Positions 49,203-58,854 of a DNA stretch of 64,000 nucleotides are shown piece after piece. The notes below the pieces were generated by a model, which ran no database searches, was not told the DNA's origin, and was given only the letters and a program-made list of their open reading frames with translations. Made by a program: the position numbers and the translations under genes. Each line of letters begins with the position of its first letter. Within the stretch, counting starts at the first letter, position 1. Origin of the DNA: Rubripirellula sp. (GTDB taxonomy: Bacteria; Planctomycetota; Planctomycetia; Pirellulales; Pirellulaceae); the NCBI GenBank assembly GCA_965216875.1, contig OZ244207.1:4832001-4896000 (forward strand), read 5' to 3'.

Positions 49203-50960
49203 TTACTCCGCTGCAACAAGAAGATTGGATTTGTGAAGGGTTTCGGCAGGCTCCGGCACCGAATCAACTTTCGGTTGATCGCTTACCGCCAAGCCGGCGT
49301 TTCCGCGGTCATTGCCCCTGTCGCCTTGGCCCGAACCAGCGGTGCCATTTGACGCCTGGAAAGCGGAAGCGACCTGCAGAGCGAAACCGGCTCCGACCAT
49401 CACGGCAACCGCGAGCATCGAATTGCCGCCCAGCATTTCGGCCACAACAAAGGCCACCGCCGAAGCAAACAAGACAGGAGCAAGTCGAATTCGCTGTGGA
49501 CGACGCGGTGCCGACAAGAGACTCCAGTTTTGAATCAACAGCGGCACAGCGACGGGAATCAAATTCGCATAAGAAAACACAGCAAGCGAAACGTCAAACA
49601 TTGAAATGAAGGCAATCACCATCGCACCGGCCACAAAGACATGAGTGAGACGGGCGGCAAAACCGTTGCGACCAAGATTGCCGCGACGCATCATCATTCG
49701 CACAACCAATCCGCTCAGGAAAACGCCAACCGACATCGCCAGAATGCCGATCATTTCATCAACACCAATCGGCTCCGGCCCGACAAGGCTGCCGAAGACG
49801 CGAGGCGATGAACCGGTGCCCACCAATTCGGTCAGGTTGGTTCCAACGATGGTCATCAACGGTAGGGTCGCGATCGCAAGGATCCATCGCCAAATCGGCG
49901 ACAGCGGGTCGCGGACCAATGTTGATTCACTCGCCACGCGGCTGTCAAAAACAGCGGCGTGGTAGCCGAACAATCCCAAGTCGCGTCCCCATTGACGCAT
50001 CGGATTGGGCTCGACCTGTTCGGCCAACAATGGTTCACGCTGCGTTGATGTCAGCGCCGCGTCAACGCGGTCGGTCGCAACTTCACTTTCCTGACGCGAC
50101 TTTCGCGCCGCGTGATCGGCAACCATCGACAAACTGGCTGGACCAAACCCAGTCATCGACTCGGCAACCCCGTCGACTCCCTTGAGTGCGGCAGCCATCT
50201 CTTCGGCCGACTGATAGCGATCAGCGGGATCACGCTGCATCGCCTTGCGAATCACAGTCGCGAAGGGTTCGTCAATGTTCGACACATCGGGTTCTGCCGA
50301 CAAATGTTTCATCAAGACTTCGCCCATGCTGTCGCCACAGTAGGGCGGGGCACCGGTCAGCATTTCATAGAGCATGACCCCGAGTGCATAGATGTCGACC
50401 GTCTTGTCATAGCGCCCCATGGAAATCTCGGGAGCCATGTAGTGAACCGTTCCAACGGTCATCGTATGACCGCTACGGTGACTCGCCGTGATCACTTTGC
50501 TAAGGCTATAGTCGCCAATCTTGACAACGCCTTCCTCGAAGAAAACGTTGTGCGGTTTCAAGTCACGGTGAACCACACCCGCACCATGCAAATACGTCAG
50601 CCCTTTGGCAAGTTCACAAACGAAGTAGCTTGCCTTTTCGGGACCGAGTCCACCGGGGGATTCATCCAGAATGTCACGCAGCGACGGTCCGGAAACGAAC
50701 TCCATGATCACCCACGGCATTCCGTCGTCGCCATGTTTGACGTCGAAGATCGAGACCAAGTGTTGCGACTTCAAGTTCATGCAATGGCTAATGCCACGAA
50801 GTTCAATCTCTTCGTAGTTTTGCACGCTCTTGAGCGCAACTTGTCGCCCCGCATCACTGACGGCAAAGTAAACTTCGCCAAATCCGCCGCGTCCAAGTGC
50901 GTACTCAATGGTGTAGCCATCAAGTGGGCGGTCACCGTCTTGAAAGTGAAACTTGCTCAT
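49203..50960 (-). CDS. Hanks-type Ser/Thr protein kinase with C-terminal multi-TM domain
   Basis: LGRGGFGEVY, VALK, HRDLKPHN, DYS (at the DFG position), GTVHYMAPE, DIYALG; about 6 hydrophobic helices C-terminally; ATGA overlap with the upstream gene. Confidence 0.9.
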   Translation of the reverse strand: MSKFHFQDGDRPLDGYTIEYALGRGGFGEVYFAVSDAGRQVALKSVQNYEEIELRGISHCMNLKSQHLVSIFDVKHGDDGMPWVIMEFVSGPSLRDILDESPGGLGPEKASYFVCELAKGLTYLHGAGVVHRDLKPHNVFFEEGVVKIGDYSLSKVITASHRSGHTMTVGTVHYMAPEISMGRYDKTVDIYALGVMLYEMLTGAPPYCGDSMGEVLMKHLSAEPDVSNIDEPFATVIRKAMQRDPADRYQSAEEMAAALKGVDGVAESMTGFGPASLSMVADHAARKSRQESEVATDRVDAALTSTQREPLLAEQVEPNPMRQWGRDLGLFGYHAAVFDSRVASESTLVRDPLSPIWRWILAIATLPLMTIVGTNLTELVGTGSSPRVFGSLVGPEPIGVDEMIGILAMSVGVFLSGLVVRMMMRRGNLGRNGFAARLTHVFVAGAMVIAFISMFDVSLAVFSYANLIPVAVPLLIQNWSLLSAPRRPQRIRLAPVLFASAVAFVVAEMLGGNSMLAVAVMVGAGFALQVASAFQASNGTAGSGQGDRGNDRGNAGLAVSDQPKVDSVPEPAETLHKSNLLVAAE

Positions 50961-52588
50961 GCCCAATCTCCCTGCAAGCCATCGTCCTTCGCAATTCGAG
51001 AGGAACCAGCGGACACAGTATCAACCTTCAACATCAAACGCACATCATCAAATGAAACCGACTGTCCAGGCGTGAGGTTGACGGGCTCATTGCCCATAGC
51101 CATAGCGCCGACGCCGCCGCCTGCCGGCGAGTCCAAACGCCGCACCGCCAACGCGTCTCCCACCCGGTAGATCACGCACCGGCTCGACAGCCCGCCGACA
51201 GATAAATGACAGTTCGCATCCGAACCAATGATGATCGAATCAGCCATCAATACCACTCGGCGGATATCGGATCGCGGCATCGACGCCCCAGCAAACTCCA
51301 AACAGGCCGTTGCACTCGCGGCGACAGGTTTGCAGAAACGCACCCGACCACGACGCCCGACGCGAATCACATCGTCGCCTTGCAGCAGGCGTTGTCGCGT
51401 CTTCTTTCCGTTGATGTCGACCTCACCATCACTCGAAAGCATGTAGTCGCCTCCGTCACGCTGGATGCGTACGTTGCCCTCGATGCCTTCTGTCATGATC
51501 GGAACATCGACGCCACCTGCCCGCGACGCGGGACCGACGGTCACGCAGTCTTGAGGAAGCAACAGCACGCTCCCCAGGCCATCCACCTGCAACAAGAGCC
51601 GTTGTCCACCGTGACTGGGAGCCGCCGGAATCTCACGCAACTTGTTCGGAATGTGCAGTGCCGTTTCGGCAAGCGGCGGTGGCAGCGGACAATCGCCAAC
51701 GAGACCGAGCGGTCCGCGCTGAAGTTGTCCCAAGTTTTGTTGTATGGTTTGCAATGCGTCGATTGCCTGCTTGATCCAATTCGTCTCGCCAATCGTCTGT
51801 GCGATCAGACTTAGCTGACGATCCGCATCGATGTAGTCTTTTTCTTCAAGAGCTTGACTGGTGCGGATCAGTCGGTCGATCACTTCAACCAACTCGCGGG
51901 CATCACTCGAGCGTCCGGCAACGACGGCAAGCGATTCGCGCCAAGTCACCACTCGATCAACGCGGCCGTTGGCCAAGTCTCGGTGAATGTTCTCAAGAAC
52001 ACCAGGCAAGATTTCGCCGATGTCGCGGCGCGCCGGTTCAAGTTCGGGTTGCGATCGAATCAGTTCGACCAAACTCTTGAGTGCACGCTCGCAGTCGCCC
52101 TCCTCGACTGCGAGCCGTGCGCGTTGAAGCGCCGCATCGTTCAACTCTCGCTGCACGTCCATGCGATCGGCCAAGTCTTTGGCTTCGCGCTGGCCCGTTG
52201 CGGCAAGGTCCAAGATCCGGCGACCGACCGTTCCCACACCGCGGTCGATCTGTTGCCGTGCGACGCGAACGATCTCTTGATCACGACGTCGCTTCTGGCT
52301 TTGGTCGGACTTGGTTTGATGCACTGCTTCAAAGAGTTCGACGACAGAGGGTTGTTGCCCACCTAATTCGACCGCTTTGGCTGCGTCCGAGGCGGCGGCC
52401 GCCACACGCCCGCCAGAAAGATGTTCGTTGCCACGTTCGACCAACGCGTTGACAAGCCTGGTTGCAAACAACTGCCCCGGTCGCGTCGATCGCACGTCCG
52501 ACGATCGTACGAGCGAAAACGCCTCATCGAGCTGGCCGTTGGCCAAGGCTGTTTCGGCTTGCTTGAGGGGCAGGTTTAACACTTTCAA
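50957..52588 (-). CDS. TPR-like helical protein with C-terminal tandem FHA-like domains
   Basis: Long helical N-half; C-terminal beta-rich repeats (CVTVGP..DINGKK..LLQGDDVIRVG; SIIIGSDANCHL..LTPGQSVSF); TTG start. Confidence 0.6.
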   Translation of the reverse strand: MKVLNLPLKQAETALANGQLDEAFSLVRSSDVRSTRPGQLFATRLVNALVERGNEHLSGGRVAAAASDAAKAVELGGQQPSVVELFEAVHQTKSDQSQKRRRDQEIVRVARQQIDRGVGTVGRRILDLAATGQREAKDLADRMDVQRELNDAALQRARLAVEEGDCERALKSLVELIRSQPELEPARRDIGEILPGVLENIHRDLANGRVDRVVTWRESLAVVAGRSSDARELVEVIDRLIRTSQALEEKDYIDADRQLSLIAQTIGETNWIKQAIDALQTIQQNLGQLQRGPLGLVGDCPLPPPLAETALHIPNKLREIPAAPSHGGQRLLLQVDGLGSVLLLPQDCVTVGPASRAGGVDVPIMTEGIEGNVRIQRDGGDYMLSSDGEVDINGKKTRQRLLQGDDVIRVGRRGRVRFCKPVAASATACLEFAGASMPRSDIRRVVLMADSIIIGSDANCHLSVGGLSSRCVIYRVGDALAVRRLDSPAGGGVGAMAMGNEPVNLTPGQSVSFDDVRLMLKVDTVSAGSSRIAKDDGLQGDWA

Positions 52589-52651
52589 TGACTCGCAACG
52601 TTAAAGGCAGTGACAACAGAACCAATTCGCAGCAGACCAATCTCAGCGAAC

Positions 52652-53461
52652 TTACTGCTGAGCAACCAATTGGCTGGCCTCTTCGCCTCCGAAGTAGTCA
52701 TCAAACTCCGAAAGGAGTTCCGTTTCGTCAACTTGACCTTCGTCCAATTGTATCTCCTGCAGGTCCGATTCATGAGCCAAAACGCGTTGCGAAACGTCCA
52801 AGCGTCGTTGAATCTGGGCCAACAGTTGATCAGCCCGGTTCAGCTTGCCGCCATCAACATCGACCTGACTGCCGATCGACGAAGACTGAACCAAGCGATG
52901 CTGGGCAACGAGTGACTCGATCTTTTGCTCAAGCTGTAGCTTCTGGTGCTTTGCACGCTCGTGCATTTGCAGTGCGTTTGCCAGCGATTGCTTGCGTGTT
53001 TCGAGGAGCCGTTCTTTGCTTCCCTGAATCAACTCGGCTTCACGATAGCGATCGAATTCGTTTGACAGTTGCTGAGTGAGGTGCTCGCGTGAAATGTCTC
53101 GGCTGCCGATTTCGTAGGAAACCTGTTGGACGCGCATTTTCTTTCGAAGCGATGCCAGCTTGCGTTGCCGATCGTCGAGTGCGATGCGGCCTTTCTCGAT
53201 GTCTTTTTCCAGCGTCGCAATCTCCACCTCGTCTTCGGCGATCATTCGCACATTGGCTTGGAGCTGGGGCAGGATGTCGTCGACCATATCGCGAGCACGC
53301 TGCAGCTCGAATTCAACAGAAACGCTGTCCTGGGCTGCCTTTTGGACGACGCGGCCCGACGTTCGGACGTAACTCAGAAAATTGGCTCCGAACAGGAAGA
53401 AGCCGACCAGCACGACCCCGACCGCGAACAAGGCGGCCGGTTTGATCATCTTGGATACCAT
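52652..53461 (-). CDS. Membrane-anchored coiled-coil protein, PspA/IM30-like
   Basis: ATG at 53461 with GGAG RBS; N-terminal hydrophobic helix, then continuous heptad-rich helices (VEFELQRARDMVDDILPQLQANVRMIAEDEVEIATLEKDIE...). The PspA similarity was judged by eye. Confidence 0.65.
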   Translation of the reverse strand: MVSKMIKPAALFAVGVVLVGFFLFGANFLSYVRTSGRVVQKAAQDSVSVEFELQRARDMVDDILPQLQANVRMIAEDEVEIATLEKDIEKGRIALDDRQRKLASLRKKMRVQQVSYEIGSRDISREHLTQQLSNEFDRYREAELIQGSKERLLETRKQSLANALQMHERAKHQKLQLEQKIESLVAQHRLVQSSSIGSQVDVDGGKLNRADQLLAQIQRRLDVSQRVLAHESDLQEIQLDEGQVDETELLSEFDDYFGGEEASQLVAQQ

Positions 53462-53561
53462 GAAATTGACTCCGCTTTGATTGGCCAAAACAACATGCGG
53501 TTTTGGCGACAGGTTGGGGGTTCGATCTTGCGAGCCGCCCAAAACCGGCCCGACAACCATG

Positions 53562-53589
53562 CAGTCGTAGGTCGGCGGAGAGTATTTCA
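53562..53589 (-). promoter_or_regulatory. Candidate ECF-type promoter for the coiled-coil/kinase operon
   Basis: Minus strand TGAAAT-N16-CGACTG preceded by a T-rich tract, about 100 bp upstream of the ATG. Confidence 0.3.
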
Positions 53590-53656
53590 AAGAATCAGAA
53601 AGAAAATCGAAAAGATCGTTCTGCGGCCGCTGGTCGGCCCCACCTCCACCTCCCAC

Positions 53657-54323
53657 CTCGTTCCCACGCTCCTGCGTGGGAACGCACTCTCCGGACGCTC
53701 CGCGTCCCCTTCGTAGCATCCTCCTCGTAGGTCATGCTCCGCATGACAGGCGTTCGCATCCAGTGAATTCCCGTGAACCGCCCCGCCGCTTACGCGATCG
53801 CGGCTCAAGAGGGTGGTTTCCATCGGAGACCACTTACCAACGCCCCACGCTCTGGCGTTTGTCGTCCCGCCTTCAGGCGGAAGAAAGCGAAGATTCCGGC
53901 TAAAGCTCGGTACTACGAACCTCCTCAAGCTCGCCAGAAGTTGTTCGCGTTGCTTTACCGCTCTCCACAACCACTCGGTTTGTCCAACCAGTGCGCCGAA
54001 CGCAGATCGCAATTCACCCAATGGGCGGGAAGCCGACACGACTGGCGAAGCATTCAAGCGTCGCTGGGAAGTGAGGGGCAAAGCCCCGATCATTTGCCCC
54101 AGACAAATGGCCGGGCCGTTGGCCCTAAGTCATTCTTGAATACGTTAACCCAGTCCGTTGGACTGGGCTAGACAAACCACTGAGCCTTCGGCCTGAAGAG
54201 TGTGGCAAAATGATCACCGATAAGCCAAAACAATTCGTCACCATCACTCTCAGGCCCGGTGAGGGGCACCTCGAACGGCCCTCCCCGGGCTTTAGCGCCC
54301 GACCCTCCCACAAGTGGGAGGGT
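53657..54323. repeat. Mosaic cluster of several REP-like palindrome families
   Basis: CGTTCCCACGC-tcct-GCGTGGGAACG (53659-84); GTAG-GTCATGC-tcc-GCATGAC (53727-47); GCCGCTTACGCGATCGCGGCTC (53785-806); GTCGTCCCGCCTTCAGGCGG...GGTACTAC (53861-921); CCCAGTCC-gtt-GGACTGGG (54149-67); ACCCTCCCAC-aa-GTGGGAGGGT (54302-23). Confidence 0.75.
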
Positions 54324-54368
54324 AATTTCTGTTGAAGCAGTGCATGACACTTAGAGATAGATCAACCA

Positions 54369-55874
54369 CTACTTGGACTGTAGTGCTCTTAGGATGGCGT
54401 CGACGTTTTCTTTGGCGTCGCCGAACAACATGTGGGTGTTGTCTTTGTAGAACAGCGGGTTGTCGACGCCGGCGTAGCCGGTTGCCATGCCTCGTTTCAT
54501 GACCACGCACGTCTTGGCGGTCCAAACTTCAATCACCGGCATCCCTGCAATCGGGCTGTTGGGATCTTCCAACGCGGCTGGATTGACGATGTCGTTGGCG
54601 CCAATGACGAGAATCGCATCGGTGTCGGACATGTCCTCGTTGATCTCATCCATTTCAAGAACAATGTCGTACGGCACGTTCGCTTCGGCCAACAACACGT
54701 TCATGTGACCTGGCAATCGCCCGGCAACTGGGTGAATCGCGAAGCGAACTTCCTTATTTTTCTTCAGCAAGATTTTCACCACTTCGGCCAGCGAATGCTG
54801 AGCCTGCGCGACCGCCATTCCGTAGCCCGGAACGATGATCACACTCTGGGCTTCATCGAGCATGTCCACAGTGTCATCAACACTAAACTCGGTCACCGTC
54901 CCATCGACCTCAGCCGCTGGCCCACCGCCCGAAGTACCGAACCCACCAAGGATCACGCTAATGAAACTGCGATTCATTGCGGCACACATGATGTACGAAA
55001 GGATCGCGCCCGAGCTGCCGACCAAAGCCCCCGTGATGATCAGCAAATGGTTCTTCAACATGAATCCAGCCGCGGCTGCCGCCCAACCGGAATACGAATT
55101 GAGCATCGAAACGACCACCGGCATGTCAGCACCGCCGATCGCAACGACCATGTGCACACCCAGAAACGATGCGATCGCCGTCATGATCAACAGCGGAGTC
55201 ATCGCCGCGTTGGCGTCGCCTTCACGGCAAAACCAAACACCAAGCCCAACACAGAAAACCACAAGCGCAAGATTGAGCAGGTGCCGGCCAGGCACCGTGA
55301 TCGGTTTGCCACTTATCGATCCGCGCAGCTTCAAGAAAGCGAGAATCGAACCAGTGAAGGTGATCGCGCCAATGAAAACACCAACGAATATCTCAATCTC
55401 ATGAACCAGCATTTCACTTGCTGGTACGTCAACACCTGGCTGCAGATGACTCGAGATCCCAACGAGCACGGCGGCCAAACCGACGAAGCTGTGCAACATC
55501 GCGACCAGCTCGGGCATCCCCGTCATGGGCACGCGTGCGGCAAGCACAGCACCAATCGCGACGGCAGGCACGATCGCGATCGCCATCGATGAAAAACCGC
55601 CAGTCATCATGCCGAAGATGGTCGCGCCGATCGCAAGCAGCATGCCGACGATGCCAAGCATGTTGCCGCGCCGCGCGGTCGTTTGGTGAGACAAACCGGC
55701 CAGCGAAAAAATAAACAACACACCGGCGACGATGTACGCGACCGTCGCCATCGATTGATTCAAACCCATCGATTCACTAGCAAGCTCAATCGACTCTTCG
55801 TTGGCTAGCAGTGAGCGTCCTAACAACATGGGAGCTCCAGACAGCATCGTTTCGATCATCGTATCCTTAAGCAC
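54369..55874 (-). CDS. pntB: NAD(P) transhydrogenase subunit beta
   Basis: [77 protein letters not shown]. The exact start is uncertain. Confidence 0.96.
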   Translation of the reverse strand: MLKDTMIETMLSGAPMLLGRSLLANEESIELASESMGLNQSMATVAYIVAGVLFIFSLAGLSHQTTARRGNMLGIVGMLLAIGATIFGMMTGGFSSMAIAIVPAVAIGAVLAARVPMTGMPELVAMLHSFVGLAAVLVGISSHLQPGVDVPASEMLVHEIEIFVGVFIGAITFTGSILAFLKLRGSISGKPITVPGRHLLNLALVVFCVGLGVWFCREGDANAAMTPLLIMTAIASFLGVHMVVAIGGADMPVVVSMLNSYSGWAAAAAGFMLKNHLLIITGALVGSSGAILSYIMCAAMNRSFISVILGGFGTSGGGPAAEVDGTVTEFSVDDTVDMLDEAQSVIIVPGYGMAVAQAQHSLAEVVKILLKKNKEVRFAIHPVAGRLPGHMNVLLAEANVPYDIVLEMDEINEDMSDTDAILVIGANDIVNPAALEDPNSPIAGMPVIEVWTAKTCVVMKRGMATGYAGVDNPLFYKDNTHMLFGDAKENVDAILRALQSK

Positions 55875-55888
55875 GTTGCAGAAACTCG

Positions 55889-57424
55889 CTACTTACGAAA
55901 CATCTTCAGCATGCGCTGGGTGACCAGGAAGCCGCCCGCGATGTTGATCGTCGCAAAAAAGATGGCGATCGCCCCGAGGATTGCCGCTGGGCCGCTCGAC
56001 ACGCCCACTTGAACCATCCCGCCAACGATGATGATTCCCGAAATCGCGTTCGTCACACTCATCAACGGCGTGTGTAGCGCAGCGGTCACATTCCAAATCA
56101 CTTGCCAGCCCACGATGCAAGCCAAGATGAAAACCGTAAAGTCGGTGATGAAGCCGGGGTTCTGAGTGAATCCGATTCCAATCAGGACGACGATGCAAAG
56201 GACAGCCATCACGGCGCCCCACGCGCTAAAGTCCTTTTCGGCCTTGGTGATGGCCGCCTCCACTTCCGGTGTTTCGTTCGCCTTGGGTGCAGCCGAAACG
56301 GAAACGGGAGGTGGTGGCCACGTGACCGCACCTTCTTTGACCACCGTTGCGCTGCGGATCACTTCGTCGTCCATGTTGACGTCAAAGTTTTCCGATCCGC
56401 CGAGCTCATCGAGTAGGTGATAGAGGTTTGTCCCATAAAGCTGGCTCGACGTGTGTGCGAGCCGACTGGCAAGGTCGCTGTAGCCAACGATGTGCACACC
56501 GCGGTGCTGGGTCACTTGATCGGGCACCGTCACTTCACAGTTGCCGCCTTGTTCGGCCGCCAAGTCGACCACCACGGAACCGGGCCGCATCGATTCGACC
56601 ATCTCACGGGTGATCAGTTTCGGTGCTGGTTTTCCTGGGATCAACGCGGTCGTGATGATGATGTCGACTTCTTTTGCCTGGGCTGCAAAGAGCGCCATTT
56701 CCGCCTCGATGAACTCTTTGCTCATCGTTTTCGCATAGCCACCCGCGGTGCCACCATCTTCGTCCTGCTCGAACTCGAGCATCAGGAAGTCGGCGCCCAT
56801 GCTTTTGACTTGGTCGGCCACTTCAGGGCGAACGTCAAAGGCGCGAACAATCGCGCCGAGGCCGCGTGCCGTTCCGATCGCAGCCAAGCCGGCCACCCCG
56901 GCACCAATGACGAGCACTTTCGCTGGCGGCACCTTTCCAGCAGCCGTGATCTGGCCGGTAAAGAATCGGCCAAACAAACCGGCTGCTTCGACCACCGCGC
57001 GATAGCCGGCAATGTTCGCCATCGAACTGAGCGCGTCAAGTTTTTGAGCCCGACTGATCCGCGGCACGGCATCGATCGAGAGCGCCGTCGCTCCGCGGGC
57101 CGCGATCTGCTCGAGCAACTCACCGTTTTGTGCGGGCGCCAAGAAGCTAATCAACGTCTGGCTCTCGCGGATCATCGCGATCTCGCCCGCGTCGGGTCCG
57201 CGAACCTTCAGGACGACATCTGCGTTTTGCCAAACGTCTGCTGTATCGACGATTTCGCATCCAACTTGCGAATACAAATCATCGGGAAAACTGGCCGATT
57301 CGCCCGCTCCCGTTTCCACCACCACTTCGAAACCAAGCTTTTCGATCAGGCGGCGCGCTGTTTCGGGGGTTGCCGCAACGCGACGTTCTCCCGGAAACCG
57401 CTCCTTTGTTATTCCGACCTTCAT
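55889..57424 (-). CDS. pntA: Re/Si-specific NAD(P) transhydrogenase subunit alpha
   Basis: [68 protein letters not shown]. Confidence 0.96.
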   Translation of the reverse strand: MKVGITKERFPGERRVAATPETARRLIEKLGFEVVVETGAGESASFPDDLYSQVGCEIVDTADVWQNADVVLKVRGPDAGEIAMIRESQTLISFLAPAQNGELLEQIAARGATALSIDAVPRISRAQKLDALSSMANIAGYRAVVEAAGLFGRFFTGQITAAGKVPPAKVLVIGAGVAGLAAIGTARGLGAIVRAFDVRPEVADQVKSMGADFLMLEFEQDEDGGTAGGYAKTMSKEFIEAEMALFAAQAKEVDIIITTALIPGKPAPKLITREMVESMRPGSVVVDLAAEQGGNCEVTVPDQVTQHRGVHIVGYSDLASRLAHTSSQLYGTNLYHLLDELGGSENFDVNMDDEVIRSATVVKEGAVTWPPPPVSVSAAPKANETPEVEAAITKAEKDFSAWGAVMAVLCIVVLIGIGFTQNPGFITDFTVFILACIVGWQVIWNVTAALHTPLMSVTNAISGIIIVGGMVQVGVSSGPAAILGAIAIFFATINIAGGFLVTQRMLKMFRK

Positions 57425-57544
57425 CTTCAGGTGCGATGCCTCCCGCTGGAACTCGTGAAGCGAAGATGTTACGCCAGACAGCCTGACGCTGCCACCAGCG
57501 GACGATTTCGTCGTGAAAACGGGATGGTTCTGAGCTCAGATTGA

Positions 57545-58549
57545 CTAAACGCGGGCTTTCTCGACATCGCCCAGCGCATCGAGGTCGGATTGATGCTGGT
57601 CGAGCGCCTGCTGAATCGAATCGATTGATGCCTGGTCGAGCGTCCGATCCCCCGCCAAAGCGGTCTCGGCGATCTGCTCGGGACTCCGCGCTCCGACAAT
57701 GGCCGACGTCACTTCCTCGCGACGCAAAACCCAAGCAATCGCAACTTCGGCCACCGTCCAGCCAAGATCCTGTGCGATCGATTCGATTCGAGCGACGAAA
57801 GCAAGATTGACCTCCAATTGCGGAGACTGGAAACGCGGATCGCGACTGCGATGATCCTTTTCCGAAAGAGACGCGGCCCGCTCGGCCGTGAACCGACCGG
57901 TTAGCAACCCCTTGCCCATTGGGCTGTAGCAAACGACACCGATGCCGTTTTCGCCACAGTAGGGCAAGAGCTCACTTTCGCACTCACGCGTCAACATGCT
58001 GTAGGGAGGCTGTAGCGAAGCGACCGGATGAATCGCCGCAAGACGCTTGAGCTGATCGGCACTGTGGTTGGAAACACCAATGTGCCGCACTTTGCCTTGT
58101 TCCTTCAGCTCGACGAGTGTTTGCCAGCCCTCTTCGATCTGCTCGTCAGGTTCTGGCCAATGCACTTGGTAGAGATCGATGCAGTCGACATCCAGACGCT
58201 GCAAACTCTCTTCACACTCAGCGATCACGCTGTCCCGTTTAAGCGATTTGCCGATCTCGCCACCGCCCAGGTTCGTGCGTCCGCACTTGGTCGCAATCAA
58301 TGGCCGATCGGCCGCGGGAATCTCCTTCAACGCTTTGCCGACCAACACTTCGCTGTGGCCAAAGCCGTAGACCGCTGCGGTATCGATCCAATTGATGCCC
58401 ACTTCAACCGCTTTGCGAATACAAGCGATTGCGGCTGAATCATCTTGATCGCCCCAACCAAACTTCCACTCACCACCACCGATCGCCCACGTGCCAAGGC
58501 CGATCACGCTCAAGTTCAAATCGGTCGTACCAAGGGTTCGATGCAGCAT
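57545..58549 (-). CDS. Aldo/keto reductase
   Basis: IGLGTWAIGG, IDTAAVYGFGHSE, IATKCG, IDLYQVHWP, IGVSN, LQPPYS, YSPMGKGLLTG; start at MLHRT. Confidence 0.92.
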   Translation of the reverse strand: MLHRTLGTTDLNLSVIGLGTWAIGGGEWKFGWGDQDDSAAIACIRKAVEVGINWIDTAAVYGFGHSEVLVGKALKEIPAADRPLIATKCGRTNLGGGEIGKSLKRDSVIAECEESLQRLDVDCIDLYQVHWPEPDEQIEEGWQTLVELKEQGKVRHIGVSNHSADQLKRLAAIHPVASLQPPYSMLTRECESELLPYCGENGIGVVCYSPMGKGLLTGRFTAERAASLSEKDHRSRDPRFQSPQLEVNLAFVARIESIAQDLGWTVAEVAIAWVLRREEVTSAIVGARSPEQIAETALAGDRTLDQASIDSIQQALDQHQSDLDALGDVEKARV

Positions 58550-58646
58550 CTTTTTGTTCTCGCGTTTTCGGAAGTGGGATGGTTCGTCGTCATTGCATTG
58601 ACCGGACAACGCAATCCCGTTTGCAGGTCGTGCAGTTTAACAACTC

Positions 58647-58710
58647 GTTCGTCGTCCCGCCTTCAGGCAGCCTCGGGCAAGATTCCGGCTAAAGCTCGGT
58701 ACTACGAACC
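58647..58710. repeat. REP doublet (GTCGTCCCGCCTTCAGGC...GGTACTAC family)
   Basis: 18-bp and 32-bp blocks identical to 53861-53921. Confidence 0.78.
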
Positions 58711-58745
58711 GGCGGTGAACTTGAATGACAACGCTCGTGAGATAT

Positions 58746-58821
58746 GTAGCTACCTTCGCCAGAAGGTGGACCCTGCAAAAGGCGGCACTCCACCACTCCA
58801 CGCTCTGGCGAGCGTAGCTAC
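58746..58821. repeat. GTAGCTAC-type REP doublet (REPIN-like)
   Basis: GTAGCTACCTTCGCCAGAAGGTGG ... CCACGCTCTGGCGAGCGTAGCTAC; matches 28476-28553 with a different spacer. Confidence 0.78.
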
Positions 58822-58854
58822 GACCAAGTGCAGGCTCCAACAAGGCAGCCCCTC

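Noticed and set aside
52652..53719. 355-aa version of the coiled-coil ORF
   Set aside because: The extra 86 N-terminal residues run through promoter and REP sequence; the ATG at 53461 has an RBS and begins a signal/TM helix. Similar upstream over-extensions were trimmed for several other genes.
53657..54323. Possible CRISPR array, ncRNA or IS element in the long intergenic region
   Set aside because: The hairpins differ in sequence from one another, have no regular spacing, and there is no transposase ORF or recognisable tRNA/ncRNA fold; REP-like repeats explain it better. Short ORFs here (e.g. 53587-54093, 53773-54171) are likely spurious.
50112..57544. Long plus-strand ORFs (50112-51170, 54432-55592, 56417-57544)
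   Set aside because: They are antisense to well-supported genes (kinase, pntB, pntA) and have no motifs; such shadows are typical of GC-rich coding DNA. The same applies to 3463-4497 and 617-1339.
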